Of a stretch of DNA of 64,000 nt, positions 7,087 to 16,203 are shown piece by piece. The stretch is from a bacterium. GTDB taxonomy: Bacteria; Patescibacteriota; Microgenomatia; Woykebacterales; RBG-16-39-9b. Position 1 is the first letter of the stretch. Every line of letters begins with the position of its first letter. The stretch spans positions 330,460-394,459 of the forward strand of contig JAUYID010000009.1 in NCBI GenBank assembly GCA_030704665.1, given 5' to 3'. The notes beneath the pieces were generated by a model. That model made no database searches. It saw nothing but the letters and a program-made list of their open reading frames with translations, and was not told the DNA's origin. The translations under genes and the position numbers were made by a program.

Positions 7087-7224
7087 ATTGTTTTTTTGAA
7101 AAGAAAAACTAAGTTGTTAGATGCTTGGTAAAAAGCAAAAGATATCTTAGGAGCTAGTGACCAAAGATATCCGCTAAAGTGGGGATTGAAAGCTTTGTTT
7201 AGCTCTATTTCTGTTTCAACGGGC

Positions 7225-7253
7225 AGTATATCACGTCTCGTCCAAGAAAGCAA
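7225..7253 (-). promoter_or_regulatory. sigma70 promoter TTGCTT-17-TATACT with extended TG, for the helicase gene
   Basis: -35 at 7253-7248, -10 at 7230-7225; implies an approximately 130-nt 5' UTR. Confidence 0.6.
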
Positions 7254-7257
7254 ATTA

Positions 7258-8121
7258 CTATCGGTCGTTAGAAGATTGTTTTGGTGGGTTTAGCATCTTA
7301 AGAAATTTTTCTAGTGGGTCATTTTCTTCGTAAAAGAAAGGATCTATCCACACTAGGGAACCATCTTCTGTCTCAACAAAATTGCTTTTCTTGGTTTCGT
7401 GAACCAAAACTTCATCAAGATCGTCTGCCCAGATTTTTTTCCAAAGATCTTGGTCTTCCTTCGTTGAAAGATATCTGTTTGCAATCGCAGCAAATTGTTT
7501 AAACCTTTCAGTATCAAGGAGAGAATCTTCTGGTATGTTTCCTTCCTCGAATCTTACTAAAGAGACCTGTCCTGAAGCAAATAAAAAGTCCGGCATCCGC
7601 ATGTTCAATTTTTCGAAATCTTCTTTCAAATCTGCAGCCATTTCTTGTGTCTGCAGCATTTCGTTTATATAAGGCTGTCGTGCATCTTGATAGTGTGGTG
7701 CCGAAACTCTGTGGGTTTTTAAAATGTATTTTTCGCCTTTGACTTCGAGTAAATAAACATTTGATTGGTTGCCCTGAGAGTAGCGAGATAAGTGATTGCC
7801 CTTTGGTAAATCAGTAGAGTCAAAATATACTGGGTTAGATCCTTCATCTCTTGCATACTCTAACTTTAAAAGACCCTCTTCTATATCCTTAAGGATTCCT
7901 GGATTTGATTTAATAAATCTTTCCCCTTCTTCCGATACCAAAAGAGCAGCTCTCACCTCATCATTTTCTCGATCAAGATAGCCCAGTTTGGGGGATTCAA
8001 AGACTCTATTTCCAAAGCGATCTCTAGAAGAACCTTCGACAGGAGTAAAGTGCTTTACTGGTGCATCAGTTGGTTTTAGTTCTTCTTGGGCATATCTTTC
8101 CGGAGTAAAGAACTCAGACAT
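7258..8121 (-). CDS. Hypothetical protein, possible protein-kinase-like fold
   Basis: QGNQSNVY, YILKT, KSNFV and LVWIDP occur in kinase-like order. Confidence 0.55.
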   Translation of the reverse strand: MSEFFTPERYAQEELKPTDAPVKHFTPVEGSSRDRFGNRVFESPKLGYLDRENDEVRAALLVSEEGERFIKSNPGILKDIEEGLLKLEYARDEGSNPVYFDSTDLPKGNHLSRYSQGNQSNVYLLEVKGEKYILKTHRVSAPHYQDARQPYINEMLQTQEMAADLKEDFEKLNMRMPDFLFASGQVSLVRFEEGNIPEDSLLDTERFKQFAAIANRYLSTKEDQDLWKKIWADDLDEVLVHETKKSNFVETEDGSLVWIDPFFYEENDPLEKFLKMLNPPKQSSNDR

Positions 8122-8211
8122 AAAGTAAGTATAAGACCAAACTCACCACTAATGGGTTTATTTTATCTTGTTTCTCTCCTGCTAACAAGTTAAATCAAAC
8201 TTATGCTAAAG

Positions 8212-8282
8212 GTAAGACTTTCTTGAGAGCTAAGTTGGACAACGCAAAGCTCAGAGAGATTTATATCAAGAAAGATCTTGCG
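8212..8282 (+). repeat. 71-bp structured element, copy 1
   Basis: 68/71 identical to 11703-11773; folds as a 15-bp stem with one bulge plus an inner GAGCT/AGCTC stem. Confidence 0.85.
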
Positions 8283-8375
8283 TTCTGCGGACCAAAGTTT
8301 TACTGCTGCCATCTTAAGCCTGGTGCTGTGATAAATATCACTGCTTGAGTGGTGGTGTTGGGATAAATTGTTTCT

Positions 8376-8813
8376 ATGACAAAAACAGGACGGCTTCACA
8401 ACCGTTTAATTTTTTTGCTTTCTCTGGTTGGGTTGACTATTTCAGGCTATCTTTTCTACACTTACGTGAGGCAAACGCCAATTCTTTGTGTCAACTCTGG
8501 TTGTGAGCTAGTGCGGGCGAGCGGCTACTCCTACTTTTTGTCTGTCCCCCTGCCAGCTTATGGTGGGCTGATGTACCTAGGAATTTTTATCACCAGTTTT
8601 TCACGCACGCTTTTTGGGGCGCGTTTTTTTCAGACCTCTTCAAAAGTGATTCTCGTTTTAGCGAGCGCTGGCGTGGCTGTCTCAGCCTACCTGACCTATC
8701 TCGAAGCGTTCAAAATCAAAGCTTTTTGCATTTGGTGTCTGGCATCCGCGGTTGTTATCTTATTTTTATTTTTAACTTCTGCTTTTGAAGTTCGGAGGCT
8801 CAATGAAAATTAA
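8376..8813 (+). CDS. Vitamin K epoxide reductase (VKOR) family protein
   Basis: C...GC..V..S.YS loop cysteines and CIWC active site; 4 TM. Confidence 0.92.
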   Translation: MTKTGRLHNRLIFLLSLVGLTISGYLFYTYVRQTPILCVNSGCELVRASGYSYFLSVPLPAYGGLMYLGIFITSFSRTLFGARFFQTSSKVILVLASAGVAVSAYLTYLEAFKIKAFCIWCLASAVVILFLFLTSAFEVRRLNEN

Positions 8814-9447
8814 AGGGGAAGTCTTTGTTTTTTCTGCTCTCACTGCTTTGACGATGCTTTTTGTTGTTGGTTTGCTTGCCTTCAATCAGAAACCGACTCA
8901 GGTGAGTGCTGATAAAATAAACAGTTTGGTCAGGGAGGATAGCCAAGTTCTTGGTGTGGCCGATGCCAAGGCGACACTAGTTGAATTTGGGGATTTTCAG
9001 TGTCCGGCTTGTGCCACGGTGGAACCTACCTTACAGGAATTGAGAACTTTGTACAAAGACAAAGTCAAATTTGTCTTTCGCCATTTTCCACTGCCAAGTC
9101 ATGACAACGCTCTTCCAGCTGCGAGGGCAACGGAAGCAGCTAGCGCCCAAGGCAAATTTTGGGGCTATCATGACCTCCTTTATCAACACCAAACAGAGTG
9201 GTCAGCGCTATCTGATCCGACGGCGAAGTTTGAGGCCTATGCAGTTGGGTTGGGTTTGGATTTAGAAAAGTTTCAAAACTCTTACCAGAGTGGGGATTTT
9301 GATGAAAAAATCCAAGCAGACAAAAAAGATGGGCTGGGATTGAATGTTGCGGGAACACCAACCTTTTACCTCAACGGCAAAAAACTGGTTGGGAATTACA
9401 GCCTCAACTTTTTCAAAACTGAAGTAGAAAGAGCCTTGGAGAATTGA
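8803..9447 (+). CDS. DsbA-family thioredoxin-fold oxidoreductase
   Basis: EFGDFQCPAC, RHFPL, GTPTFYLNG. Confidence 0.92.
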   Translation: MKIKGEVFVFSALTALTMLFVVGLLAFNQKPTQVSADKINSLVREDSQVLGVADAKATLVEFGDFQCPACATVEPTLQELRTLYKDKVKFVFRHFPLPSHDNALPAARATEAASAQGKFWGYHDLLYQHQTEWSALSDPTAKFEAYAVGLGLDLEKFQNSYQSGDFDEKIQADKKDGLGLNVAGTPTFYLNGKKLVGNYSLNFFKTEVERALEN

Positions 9448-9465
9448 AAGAAAGGCCCCTTTTGC

Positions 9466-9663
9466 ATGGCTAGTTACAAAATATCAGTTGATCGTGCTCT
9501 CTGCATTGGATCTGGTTCTTGTGTTTTGTTTGCCGGACAAACCTTTGAGCTTGACAGTGAGTGTAAGGCTGCTGTCTCCCCTGGGCAGGGAGACGACATT
9601 GAAGATATCAAGCTTGCGGCTGACAACTGCCCCACCCGTGCGATTTTTGTCAAAGAAGAGTAA
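9466..9663 (+). CDS. Single-cluster ferredoxin (3Fe-4S type)
   Basis: CIGSGSC and CPTRAI motifs. Confidence 0.85.
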   Translation: MASYKISVDRALCIGSGSCVLFAGQTFELDSECKAAVSPGQGDDIEDIKLAADNCPTRAIFVKEE

Positions 9664-9920
9664 GTTCTTCTTCGCCAGGTTAGTTTTTCACGCCTTTAAC
9701 TACAACCCCCAAATCCATCTAGCGGACTAACCTCTACCCTTCTGGCAATGGGCGCGGTCATCGGCTACCTTCGCTAAAAAGTAAATCCGCCTGCGGCGCG
9801 ACTGCTTTTTTGAAAAAAGGTAAACCAAGGTTGGGCTACTTAAAAGAAAACCCCGGGTTCCGGAGTTTTCTTTTTTGCTTGCCTAAAAGTAAAATTTCAG
9901 CTACAATAACGCTTCCGAAA

Positions 9921-10871
9921 ATGGAAGCAATCATCTCAGTCAAAGACATCTACAAAAAATACGGTAAGACCGAAGCTCTCAAAGGAGTCAGCTTTGAAGC
10001 TGAAAAGGGCAAGGTTCTTGGTTTGCTTGGGCCGAATGGGGCGGGGAAAACTACCTTGATAAAAATTCTGACTACTTTGCTTAATCCAGATTCAGGAAGC
10101 GCAACTGTGGCTGGCTACAACGTTGTCAAAGATGCTGCCAAACTGCGCAGTGTCATTGGTTTGGCTGGACAGTACGCGGCCGTTGATGAAAACCTCACCG
10201 GAAGAGAAAATCTGGAAATGGTGGCTCAGCTTTATCATTTGGGTAGTAAAGAATCTAAAAAGCGGGCAGAGAGTGTTTTGAAAGAAATGAGTCTGGAAGA
10301 GGCGGCCAACCGGCCGGTGAAAACCTACTCCGGGGGGATGCGTCGCCGACTTGATGTGGGAGCAAGTTTACTTTTTGAACCAAAAGTTCTTTTTCTTGAC
10401 GAGCCAACGACTGGGCTTGATCCACGGACGAGAAGTGACCTTTGGGAATTTGTTCGTAGTTTGGTCGCCAAAGGAACTTCTGTGGTGCTGACGACCCAAT
10501 ATTTGGAAGAAGCCGACGCTCTCGCCGACGAGATTGTTCTCCTCGATAAAGGTAAAGTCATTGCCGCCGGAACTAGCCGTGAACTGAAACGACAGCTCGG
10601 TGGTAGTATGGTGGAAATTGAACCAAAGAGTTGGGTTGACCATGAAAAAATTCGCGATCTCCTCAAAAACAAGTTTGGTGGCCACCAAATCCACGTCAAG
10701 GATAGCCACCAAATGATCACTTTCCCGGCCCCGAACGGGCCCGCGGATCTGCGCGATGCTCTCAATCTTCTCGAAGGGGCGGGGATTGAGCTGGTTCACA
10801 TTAGTTTGACTCAACCAACTCTCGATGAGGTTTTCTTAACCTACACGACGGAGGGAGCAGGCGATGAATAG
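9921..10871 (+). CDS. ABC-2 exporter ATP-binding subunit (DrrA-like)
   Basis: GPNGAGKTT, YSGGMRRR, LDEPTTGLDP; ATG 9921 follows TACAAT. Confidence 0.93.
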   Translation: MEAIISVKDIYKKYGKTEALKGVSFEAEKGKVLGLLGPNGAGKTTLIKILTTLLNPDSGSATVAGYNVVKDAAKLRSVIGLAGQYAAVDENLTGRENLEMVAQLYHLGSKESKKRAESVLKEMSLEEAANRPVKTYSGGMRRRLDVGASLLFEPKVLFLDEPTTGLDPRTRSDLWEFVRSLVAKGTSVVLTTQYLEEADALADEIVLLDKGKVIAAGTSRELKRQLGGSMVEIEPKSWVDHEKIRDLLKNKFGGHQIHVKDSHQMITFPAPNGPADLRDALNLLEGAGIELVHISLTQPTLDEVFLTYTTEGAGDE

Positions 10872-11634
10872 TTTTCTCAATGCAGTTAGTGACGTCTTGG
10901 TGATCACGGAGCGGAATTTGATCCGCTATCGACGCGTGCCTCAGCTGCTCATTTTCTCAACTATTCAGCCAGTGATGTTTTTGCTGCTTTTCAACTATGT
11001 TTTCGGGGGAGCAATTCAAACCGACCAAGCAGGAGAATATATTAACTTTCTTTTGCCTGGAATCATCGTCCAAACCGTTCTTTTTGGAGCCTCCCAAGCC
11101 AGTGTCGGTATGGCCGAAGACCTATCTAGCGGCATCATGGACCGCTTTCGTTCGCTGCCAATCGCGCGTTTTGCGGTCATTGCCGGCCGAGTTCTGGCTG
11201 ACACGATCAGAAATATTTTTGTTGTCCTGATCATGCTTGCCGTTGGCATGTTGATTGGTTTCCGTTTTGGAGACGGAATTGCCAATGGACTGATCGGTCT
11301 TTATCTTGCTGTTCTTTTTGGATTTGCTTTTTCTTGGATTTCCATGAGTGTGGGTTTGCTCGTTCGTGATCCGGAAGCAGCTTTACCAGCTGGTTTTCTC
11401 TGGATTTTCCCCCTTGTTTTTGCCTCCGGTATCTTTGTACCGGTGCGGACTATGCCCGAGTGGCTCCAAGTTTTTGCTCGCAACCAGCCCGTGACCAAAG
11501 TGGCTGAAGCCGTTCGTAGTTTTATGGTTGGTGGCCCCCATGATAGTTTGGGTCCAGCCCTGCTTTGGATGGGTGGAATCACCTTGGCCTTTTTGACTAT
11601 CAGTATTTTCCTCTACCGCCGCAATAACAGTTAA
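10864..11634 (+). CDS. ABC-2 exporter permease (DrrB-like)
   Basis: GIMDRFRSLP, MPEWLQ.FA..QP; 6 TM. Confidence 0.92.
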   Translation: MNSFLNAVSDVLVITERNLIRYRRVPQLLIFSTIQPVMFLLLFNYVFGGAIQTDQAGEYINFLLPGIIVQTVLFGASQASVGMAEDLSSGIMDRFRSLPIARFAVIAGRVLADTIRNIFVVLIMLAVGMLIGFRFGDGIANGLIGLYLAVLFGFAFSWISMSVGLLVRDPEAALPAGFLWIFPLVFASGIFVPVRTMPEWLQVFARNQPVTKVAEAVRSFMVGGPHDSLGPALLWMGGITLAFLTISIFLYRRNNS

Positions 11635-11702
11635 CACTGTTGTACAATTCTTCTCAGGCTAAAGTCATTAACTTTTGGAAAGTTCCTGCTTTCATGTTGA
11701 AA

Positions 11703-11773
11703 GTAAGACTTTTTTGAGAGCTAAGTTGGACAACGCAAAGCTCAAAGAGATTTATATCAAAAAAGATCTTGCG
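11703..11773 (+). repeat. 71-bp structured element, copy 2
   Basis: 68/71 identical to 8212-8282 with a compensatory C:G to T:A change. Confidence 0.85.
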
Positions 11774-11812
11774 AACTCCGTTCTTTGGATTGTTCTCTGT
11801 TATAATCTTGGG

Positions 11813-12940
11813 ATGTTAAAAGTTGGTATTGTAGGGCTTCCAAATGTGGGTAAGTCCACTTTGTTTAACGCTTTACTAAAAAAACAAGTTGCGGCTAGTG
11901 CAAACTATCCCTTTACCACCATTGAGCCCAATGTTGGTGTGGTTGAGGTTCCGGACGGGCGTCTAGAAAAATTGGCTCAAGTCGTTAAAACCGAAAAAAT
12001 CATTCCGGCGGCGGTTGAGTTTGTTGACATTGCCGGCTTGGTCAAGGGAGCCGCTGAGGGAGAGGGGCTGGGGAACAAGTTTCTTTCTCATATTCGTGAG
12101 GTTGATGCGATTGCCCACGTAGTGCGGGCTTTTGAAGATCCCAATGTTTTGCGCAGTGATTCGTCAACAGATCCGAAGAATGACGTGGAAACAATTAACA
12201 CTGAACTCATTCTTGCTGATCTAGAAACTGTTACGAAATTAATTGATGGAGCAGAGCGAGAATTAAAGGGAATGCAGAATGCAGAATTAAGAGCTGGGAA
12301 TGAAAAGTTAAAAACCTTGAAGAAAATTAAATCTGGGCTCGACCAAGGGGTTTTGGCCAAGGGGGCTGAACTAACCAAAGAAGAGCTTGAAGCAGTGGGC
12401 CCGCTGCCACTGATTACCATCAAACCTACTATATATGTATACAATGTCAGCGAAGCTGACTTGAATGAAGAATTAAACCCTTCACGAGCTCAGGGACTGC
12501 TTTCTTCGAAAGTAAGAATTGAGAATTTAAAAAAATTCACTCCAAGTGTGGTTATTTGTGCCAAAGTTGAGGCCGAACTAGCAGAACTGAGTGCTGCTGA
12601 GCAAAAGGATTATTTGCAAGAGTTGGGTGTAGATCAGTCTGGGTTGGAGCGGCTGATACGGGAAAGTTACGAACTGTTAGGGTTAATCACTTACTTCACT
12701 GCCGGAGAAAAAGAAGCGCGGGCTTGGACGATCAAAAAAGGAACCAAAGCCCCGACTGCGGCCGGAGTGATTCACACTGATTTTGAACGTGGTTTTATCA
12801 AAGCGGAAGTGATCAATTGGGAAAAACTGGTTGAAGCTCCCGGCTGGAATCCTGCTCGGGAAAAGGGTTGGGTCGCTCTCGTTGGTAAGGACTATCTCTT
12901 CCAAGACGGGGACACCGCTATTTTTAAGTTCAATACTTAA
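11813..12940 (+). CDS. ychF: Redox-regulated ATPase YchF
   Basis: GIVGLPNVGKSTLFNAL, ANYPFTTIEPN, DIAGLVKGA, HTDFERGFI; start just after TATAAT. Confidence 0.96.
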   Translation: MLKVGIVGLPNVGKSTLFNALLKKQVAASANYPFTTIEPNVGVVEVPDGRLEKLAQVVKTEKIIPAAVEFVDIAGLVKGAAEGEGLGNKFLSHIREVDAIAHVVRAFEDPNVLRSDSSTDPKNDVETINTELILADLETVTKLIDGAERELKGMQNAELRAGNEKLKTLKKIKSGLDQGVLAKGAELTKEELEAVGPLPLITIKPTIYVYNVSEADLNEELNPSRAQGLLSSKVRIENLKKFTPSVVICAKVEAELAELSAAEQKDYLQELGVDQSGLERLIRESYELLGLITYFTAGEKEARAWTIKKGTKAPTAAGVIHTDFERGFIKAEVINWEKLVEAPGWNPAREKGWVALVGKDYLFQDGDTAIFKFNT

Positions 12941-13018
12941 AAACGCGGTCCTTGCGACCACTGTTTCAAGTTCAATAACTGACTTTTAGGTCGAAAGGGC
13001 CGAAGCACGCAAGTGCGT

Positions 13019-14356
13019 TCAGTCGGCCCGTCTCGATCTCTCCGTAGTCTCTTCCTGGGGTTGGACAAAGAGTAGCGACCCAGCCCCGTTGCAAGAAGAC
13101 GATTGCTCTCGGTGCGATTCTGTAGCCAAAGTACGCAGAGCGTCCTTCTTCAGCTTCTTGGTTTGGAACTTACCCCTTTTTTCACAGCGTCGACAGTGCC
13201 AGGTGTAGCGTAGGATCCGTGGTGGGCGGCCAACACGGAGAGTCTGCAACCACTCTTCTTGCCGAGACAGAAAACGCTCGCTGAGACGGGGTTGGTAGGG
13301 TAGGTCTTTGACTTCATGCTCCCAACAAAGATGGCCAGCACAAAAGCGCCGTGCGCAGGTCCCACAGCGCCGTCCGTAAGCTTTGCTACACCAGCCCCCA
13401 AAGGAACAGCTTGTGTTCTTTCCCAGTGGGTTGTTAATTGTTAGCGTACTGACATGCGGTTCGGTTGTCGGAACAGTTTCTCTGTTTAGGTTAACTAGCC
13501 TGCGTAGGCTGGCGAACTCATCGACTGGAACAAAAGACCGTCCCCTTCGGTAAGACTGCGGAGAACTCTTCACCACCTGTCCCACAGATTCTGGTTTTCT
13601 GTTTTGTCCCAGGATTACTGCCTTGGCGCGCTTCTCAGAGGCTAACCCTCCGTGAGCTGCAAAGCCAATGACCAGCCTGCGTTCAAGCAATTTCTTGTCA
13701 TCCCAACAGAGACGACACTTGTCGCACTTGGTGCCGTGGGTTTGTTCTCGACAGGGAATAACCTTCAACCCAGCCATGTCGTAAACACTGTTTGAAGCGT
13801 GTTCAGTGACGACGATGGCTGCTGCATAACCTCTTTCCCAGGCAACTTCGACATCGGCCTTGGTTTCGCAGGAAGCCAGGACCGAGACTGGACCCCAGAC
13901 CTCACTGGGGACGAGATGGGAGGCGTGGGTGTAAGTCCAAACGGCAGGCATCTCTTCCTTGGCTAGGTAGCCACGAAGACGATAGCGCTGCACGGCTTTA
14001 ACCAAAAGACGAGTTCCGGCTACGGTAGTTGAGTCTCCAACGACGTGAAGTCGCAGAGCTCGCAAACCACTGAGCTTATCAATTGCGGCTGCTTCCTCGA
14101 CTGCTAGATCAAAGGTTGTTGCCTTTGGGTTGGCCGCATTGAGGCGGCGAGTAGTCGTCATCCCAATGTAGCCGTTTTCGGCATAACAACCGTTGTTCAG
14201 AAGGGGGCAAGTTTTTGGGCAAGAGCCTTGGGAGACGTTGGTAGTAGAAACCGGACCGATCTTGTTGTTGGCCGTCACCTCTTTGGCGAAAACTGAGGGC
14301 AAAGGGGCTTCGGGAGTGTTTGGAACCCCGACCAAGTTTATGGCTTGATTGACCAC
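13019..14356 (-). CDS. Phage GP88-like Cys-rich (radical-SAM-related) protein with C-terminal zinc-binding extension
   Basis: CPKTCP...GCYA, RLHVVGD, WTYTH, CDKCRLC, IGFAAHG; SD AGGAGG. Confidence 0.7.
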   Translation of the reverse strand: MVNQAINLVGVPNTPEAPLPSVFAKEVTANNKIGPVSTTNVSQGSCPKTCPLLNNGCYAENGYIGMTTTRRLNAANPKATTFDLAVEEAAAIDKLSGLRALRLHVVGDSTTVAGTRLLVKAVQRYRLRGYLAKEEMPAVWTYTHASHLVPSEVWGPVSVLASCETKADVEVAWERGYAAAIVVTEHASNSVYDMAGLKVIPCREQTHGTKCDKCRLCWDDKKLLERRLVIGFAAHGGLASEKRAKAVILGQNRKPESVGQVVKSSPQSYRRGRSFVPVDEFASLRRLVNLNRETVPTTEPHVSTLTINNPLGKNTSCSFGGWCSKAYGRRCGTCARRFCAGHLCWEHEVKDLPYQPRLSERFLSRQEEWLQTLRVGRPPRILRYTWHCRRCEKRGKFQTKKLKKDALRTLATESHREQSSSCNGAGSLLFVQPQEETTERSRRAD

Positions 14357-14401
14357 TTCCGAGACCTCCTTTCCTTCGTTCTCTCGTCTTCTCTCGAGCC
14401 G

Positions 14402-14430
14402 ATAATATTATTTGTCAGGATAAATTGCAA
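14402..14430 (-). promoter_or_regulatory. sigma70 promoter TTGCAA-17-TATTAT
   Basis: Same hexamers as the promoter at 15120-15148. Confidence 0.6.
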
Positions 14431-14462
14431 GATTGTTTTAGGGTTGGCTAAAAATTTGGGGT

Positions 14463-14501
14463 GGGACCGGTTGCTTGAGAGCGAGAAAAGCAACCGGTCC
14501 C
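14463..14501. terminator. Perfect 14-bp inverted repeat GGGACCGGTTGCTT/AAGCAACCGGTCCC
   Basis: Directly downstream of the 70-aa gene; no U-tract. Confidence 0.6.
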
Positions 14502-14528
14502 GGGCGGTGGGTAGGTAGAAAGCGAACT

Positions 14529-14741
14529 TCAAGTGGCGATGCCAAACTCTTGAGCAAGCGTGACCGCGTTGGTCCAGAGCCGGGTTCCAAGACCATCAGG
14601 ACATGAAAGAGCGTTGCGTCGGTGGGACCGCAGCAGGCGCGTGATCAGGTTCTTGCCCAGACTGAGCTTGCCACTACTCCCACACCGATAACAGCTCCAC
14701 CGCGCGCAGCTTTGAATCTCCTCCGTTTGCGCTAGCATCAT
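14529..14741 (-). CDS. Small C2HC zinc-binding protein
   Basis: WSCYRCGSSGK...SHRR...SC matches the C-terminal module of the 445-aa neighbour; SD AAGAAAGG. Confidence 0.6.
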   Translation of the reverse strand: MMLAQTEEIQSCARWSCYRCGSSGKLSLGKNLITRLLRSHRRNALSCPDGLGTRLWTNAVTLAQEFGIAT

Positions 14742-14766
14742 GGTAAGCCTTTCTTGTCTTTTTCAG

Positions 14767-15081
14767 CTAGACACCTCTAGGCATCGGGGTCCTGGTTTGG
14801 AAACAGGAGCTACAGTAGACCGGCAGACCTGGCTTTGGTACGAAAGGGACTTTGGCGAGCCCTCCGCAGTCAGTGCAGGTTGTCTCGCTCAGTACTCTGT
14901 CCCCAGATCGGGAAGCCTGCTCCCACTCTTCGAAACGTGCTCGTTTGGCCACTCTGCAGCCAGGACACCGCTTGGGAGGGTTGTTTAACCCCTTATCCCG
15001 GTAAAACTCTTGCTCGCCAGCTGTGAAGCTGAAGTCGTCCCCACAGTCCTTGCAAGAAAGAACCTTGTCTCGAAAACTCAC
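14767..15081 (-). CDS. Zinc-ribbon (zf-trcl-type) plus CxxC-x17-CxxC domain protein
   Basis: DKVLSCKDCG..FSFTAGEQEFY..KGL...PKRCPGCR and C.DCG..AKVPF.P..G.PVYCSSCF; GTG with SD AAGGAG. Confidence 0.88.
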   Translation of the reverse strand: MSFRDKVLSCKDCGDDFSFTAGEQEFYRDKGLNNPPKRCPGCRVAKRARFEEWEQASRSGDRVLSETTCTDCGGLAKVPFVPKPGLPVYCSSCFQTRTPMPRGV

Positions 15082-15119
15082 CGTTCTCTCCTTTTCACCT
15101 TCCCGGATTCTTAGGCGGG

Positions 15120-15148
15120 ATAATATCTCGAAAAGACAAAAATTGCAA
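15120..15148 (-). promoter_or_regulatory. sigma70 promoter TTGCAA-17-TATTAT
   Basis: -35 at 15148-15143, -10 at 15125-15120. Confidence 0.6.
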
Positions 15149-15240
15149 ATTACAAAAAAGCTTGAAGGTGCTTGCTCCCGCATGTTATACTCGGACTCGG
15201 TTTTTAAAATACCTGAAAACGAAAGGAAACCAAAGCAAAA

Positions 15241-15588
15241 ATGGCTGACTATGAGCTTGCTTTAGTAACTTCTGACGATTTGCCAGAAAAAGACAAAAAA
15301 GAGTTGCTTTCGACAGTCGAAAAGAAAGTTGCTCTCGGCGAAGGAAAAGTGGGAAATATTGAAGAGTGGCCGAGAAAAAGCCTCGCTTACCCAATCAACA
15401 AAAAAACTACAGCCAATTTTACTTTCGTTGAATTTAGTGGAGATGCCTCTGTTCCAGCGGCGATCAGACGAGAACTGAACTTGTCCGAAAACATTTTGCG
15501 TTCCCTTTTAATAAAAAAAGAGGCAGTCAAGGCAAAAGCCAAAGATAGGAGAGCAAGGATCAAAAAGGCCAAGGAGGATCTGAATTAA
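15241..15588 (+). CDS. rpsF: 30S ribosomal protein S6
   Basis: YEL, EEW.RKSLAYPINK, ILRSLL; rpsF-ssb-rpsR synteny. Confidence 0.92.
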   Translation: MADYELALVTSDDLPEKDKKELLSTVEKKVALGEGKVGNIEEWPRKSLAYPINKKTTANFTFVEFSGDASVPAAIRRELNLSENILRSLLIKKEAVKAKAKDRRARIKKAKEDLN

Positions 15589-15640
15589 TTTAGAATTAAT
15601 AATGAAGAATTCTGAATTTTAGCTACGGAGGTTAAAAACT

Positions 15641-16198
15641 ATGTCTAGTAGAAGTTTGAACAAAGTGATGCTGATTGGTAATCTGACCCGAGATCCGGAG
15701 TTGCGCTACACCCCGCAGGGAACTGCGGTCTGTTCTTTTGGACTAGCTACGAATCGTAGCTGGATGCCATCAGATGCCTCCGAAAGACGGGAAGAAACTG
15801 AATTTCACCGCATTGTCTCCTGGAACAAACTAGCTGAGCTTTGTAGTCAACTGTTGACCAAGGGTCGTAAAGTTTATATTGAAGGTCGGCTCCAAACCCG
15901 GAGTTGGGAAGGTCAGGATGGAGAAAAGCGCCAAGCAACTGAAGTCGTTGCTGAGGATATGGTCATTCTTGATTCAAAAAGAGAACGAGAAGGTGGTGAG
16001 GCTGAGTTTTCTGAGTCTGGGAGTCAGGAAGTAGCTGCCGAGGCAGCTGGCGAGAAGAAAGAGACCAAGAAAGCCACCGCCGAAAAAGAGGAAGACTCTT
16101 CTGAGAGCAAAGTAGAAAAGAAATCAAAAGACGAGAAAAAAGAAAAGGAAAGTAAAGAGGAAGACGACGTCATTGACCTCGACGATATTCCCTTCTAA
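15641..16198 (+). CDS. ssb: Single-stranded DNA-binding protein
   Basis: [34 protein letters not shown]-terminal DDIPF. Confidence 0.97.
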   Translation: MSSRSLNKVMLIGNLTRDPELRYTPQGTAVCSFGLATNRSWMPSDASERREETEFHRIVSWNKLAELCSQLLTKGRKVYIEGRLQTRSWEGQDGEKRQATEVVAEDMVILDSKREREGGEAEFSESGSQEVAAEAAGEKKETKKATAEKEEDSSESKVEKKSKDEKKEKESKEEDDVIDLDDIPF

Positions 16199-16203
16199 AA
16201 ACT

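Noticed and set aside
8227-8252. c-di-GMP-I riboswitch (ACGCAAAGC match)
   Set aside because: No GAAA tetraloop stem or second receptor stem, and copy 2 lies upstream of the ychF promoter
11675-11812. 46-aa N-terminal extension of YchF
   Set aside because: Conserved start is MLKVGIVG at 11813 after TATAAT; the extension merely reads through the 71-bp element
12961-15183. Prophage
   Set aside because: Only one phage-associated domain; no integrase, terminase or structural genes
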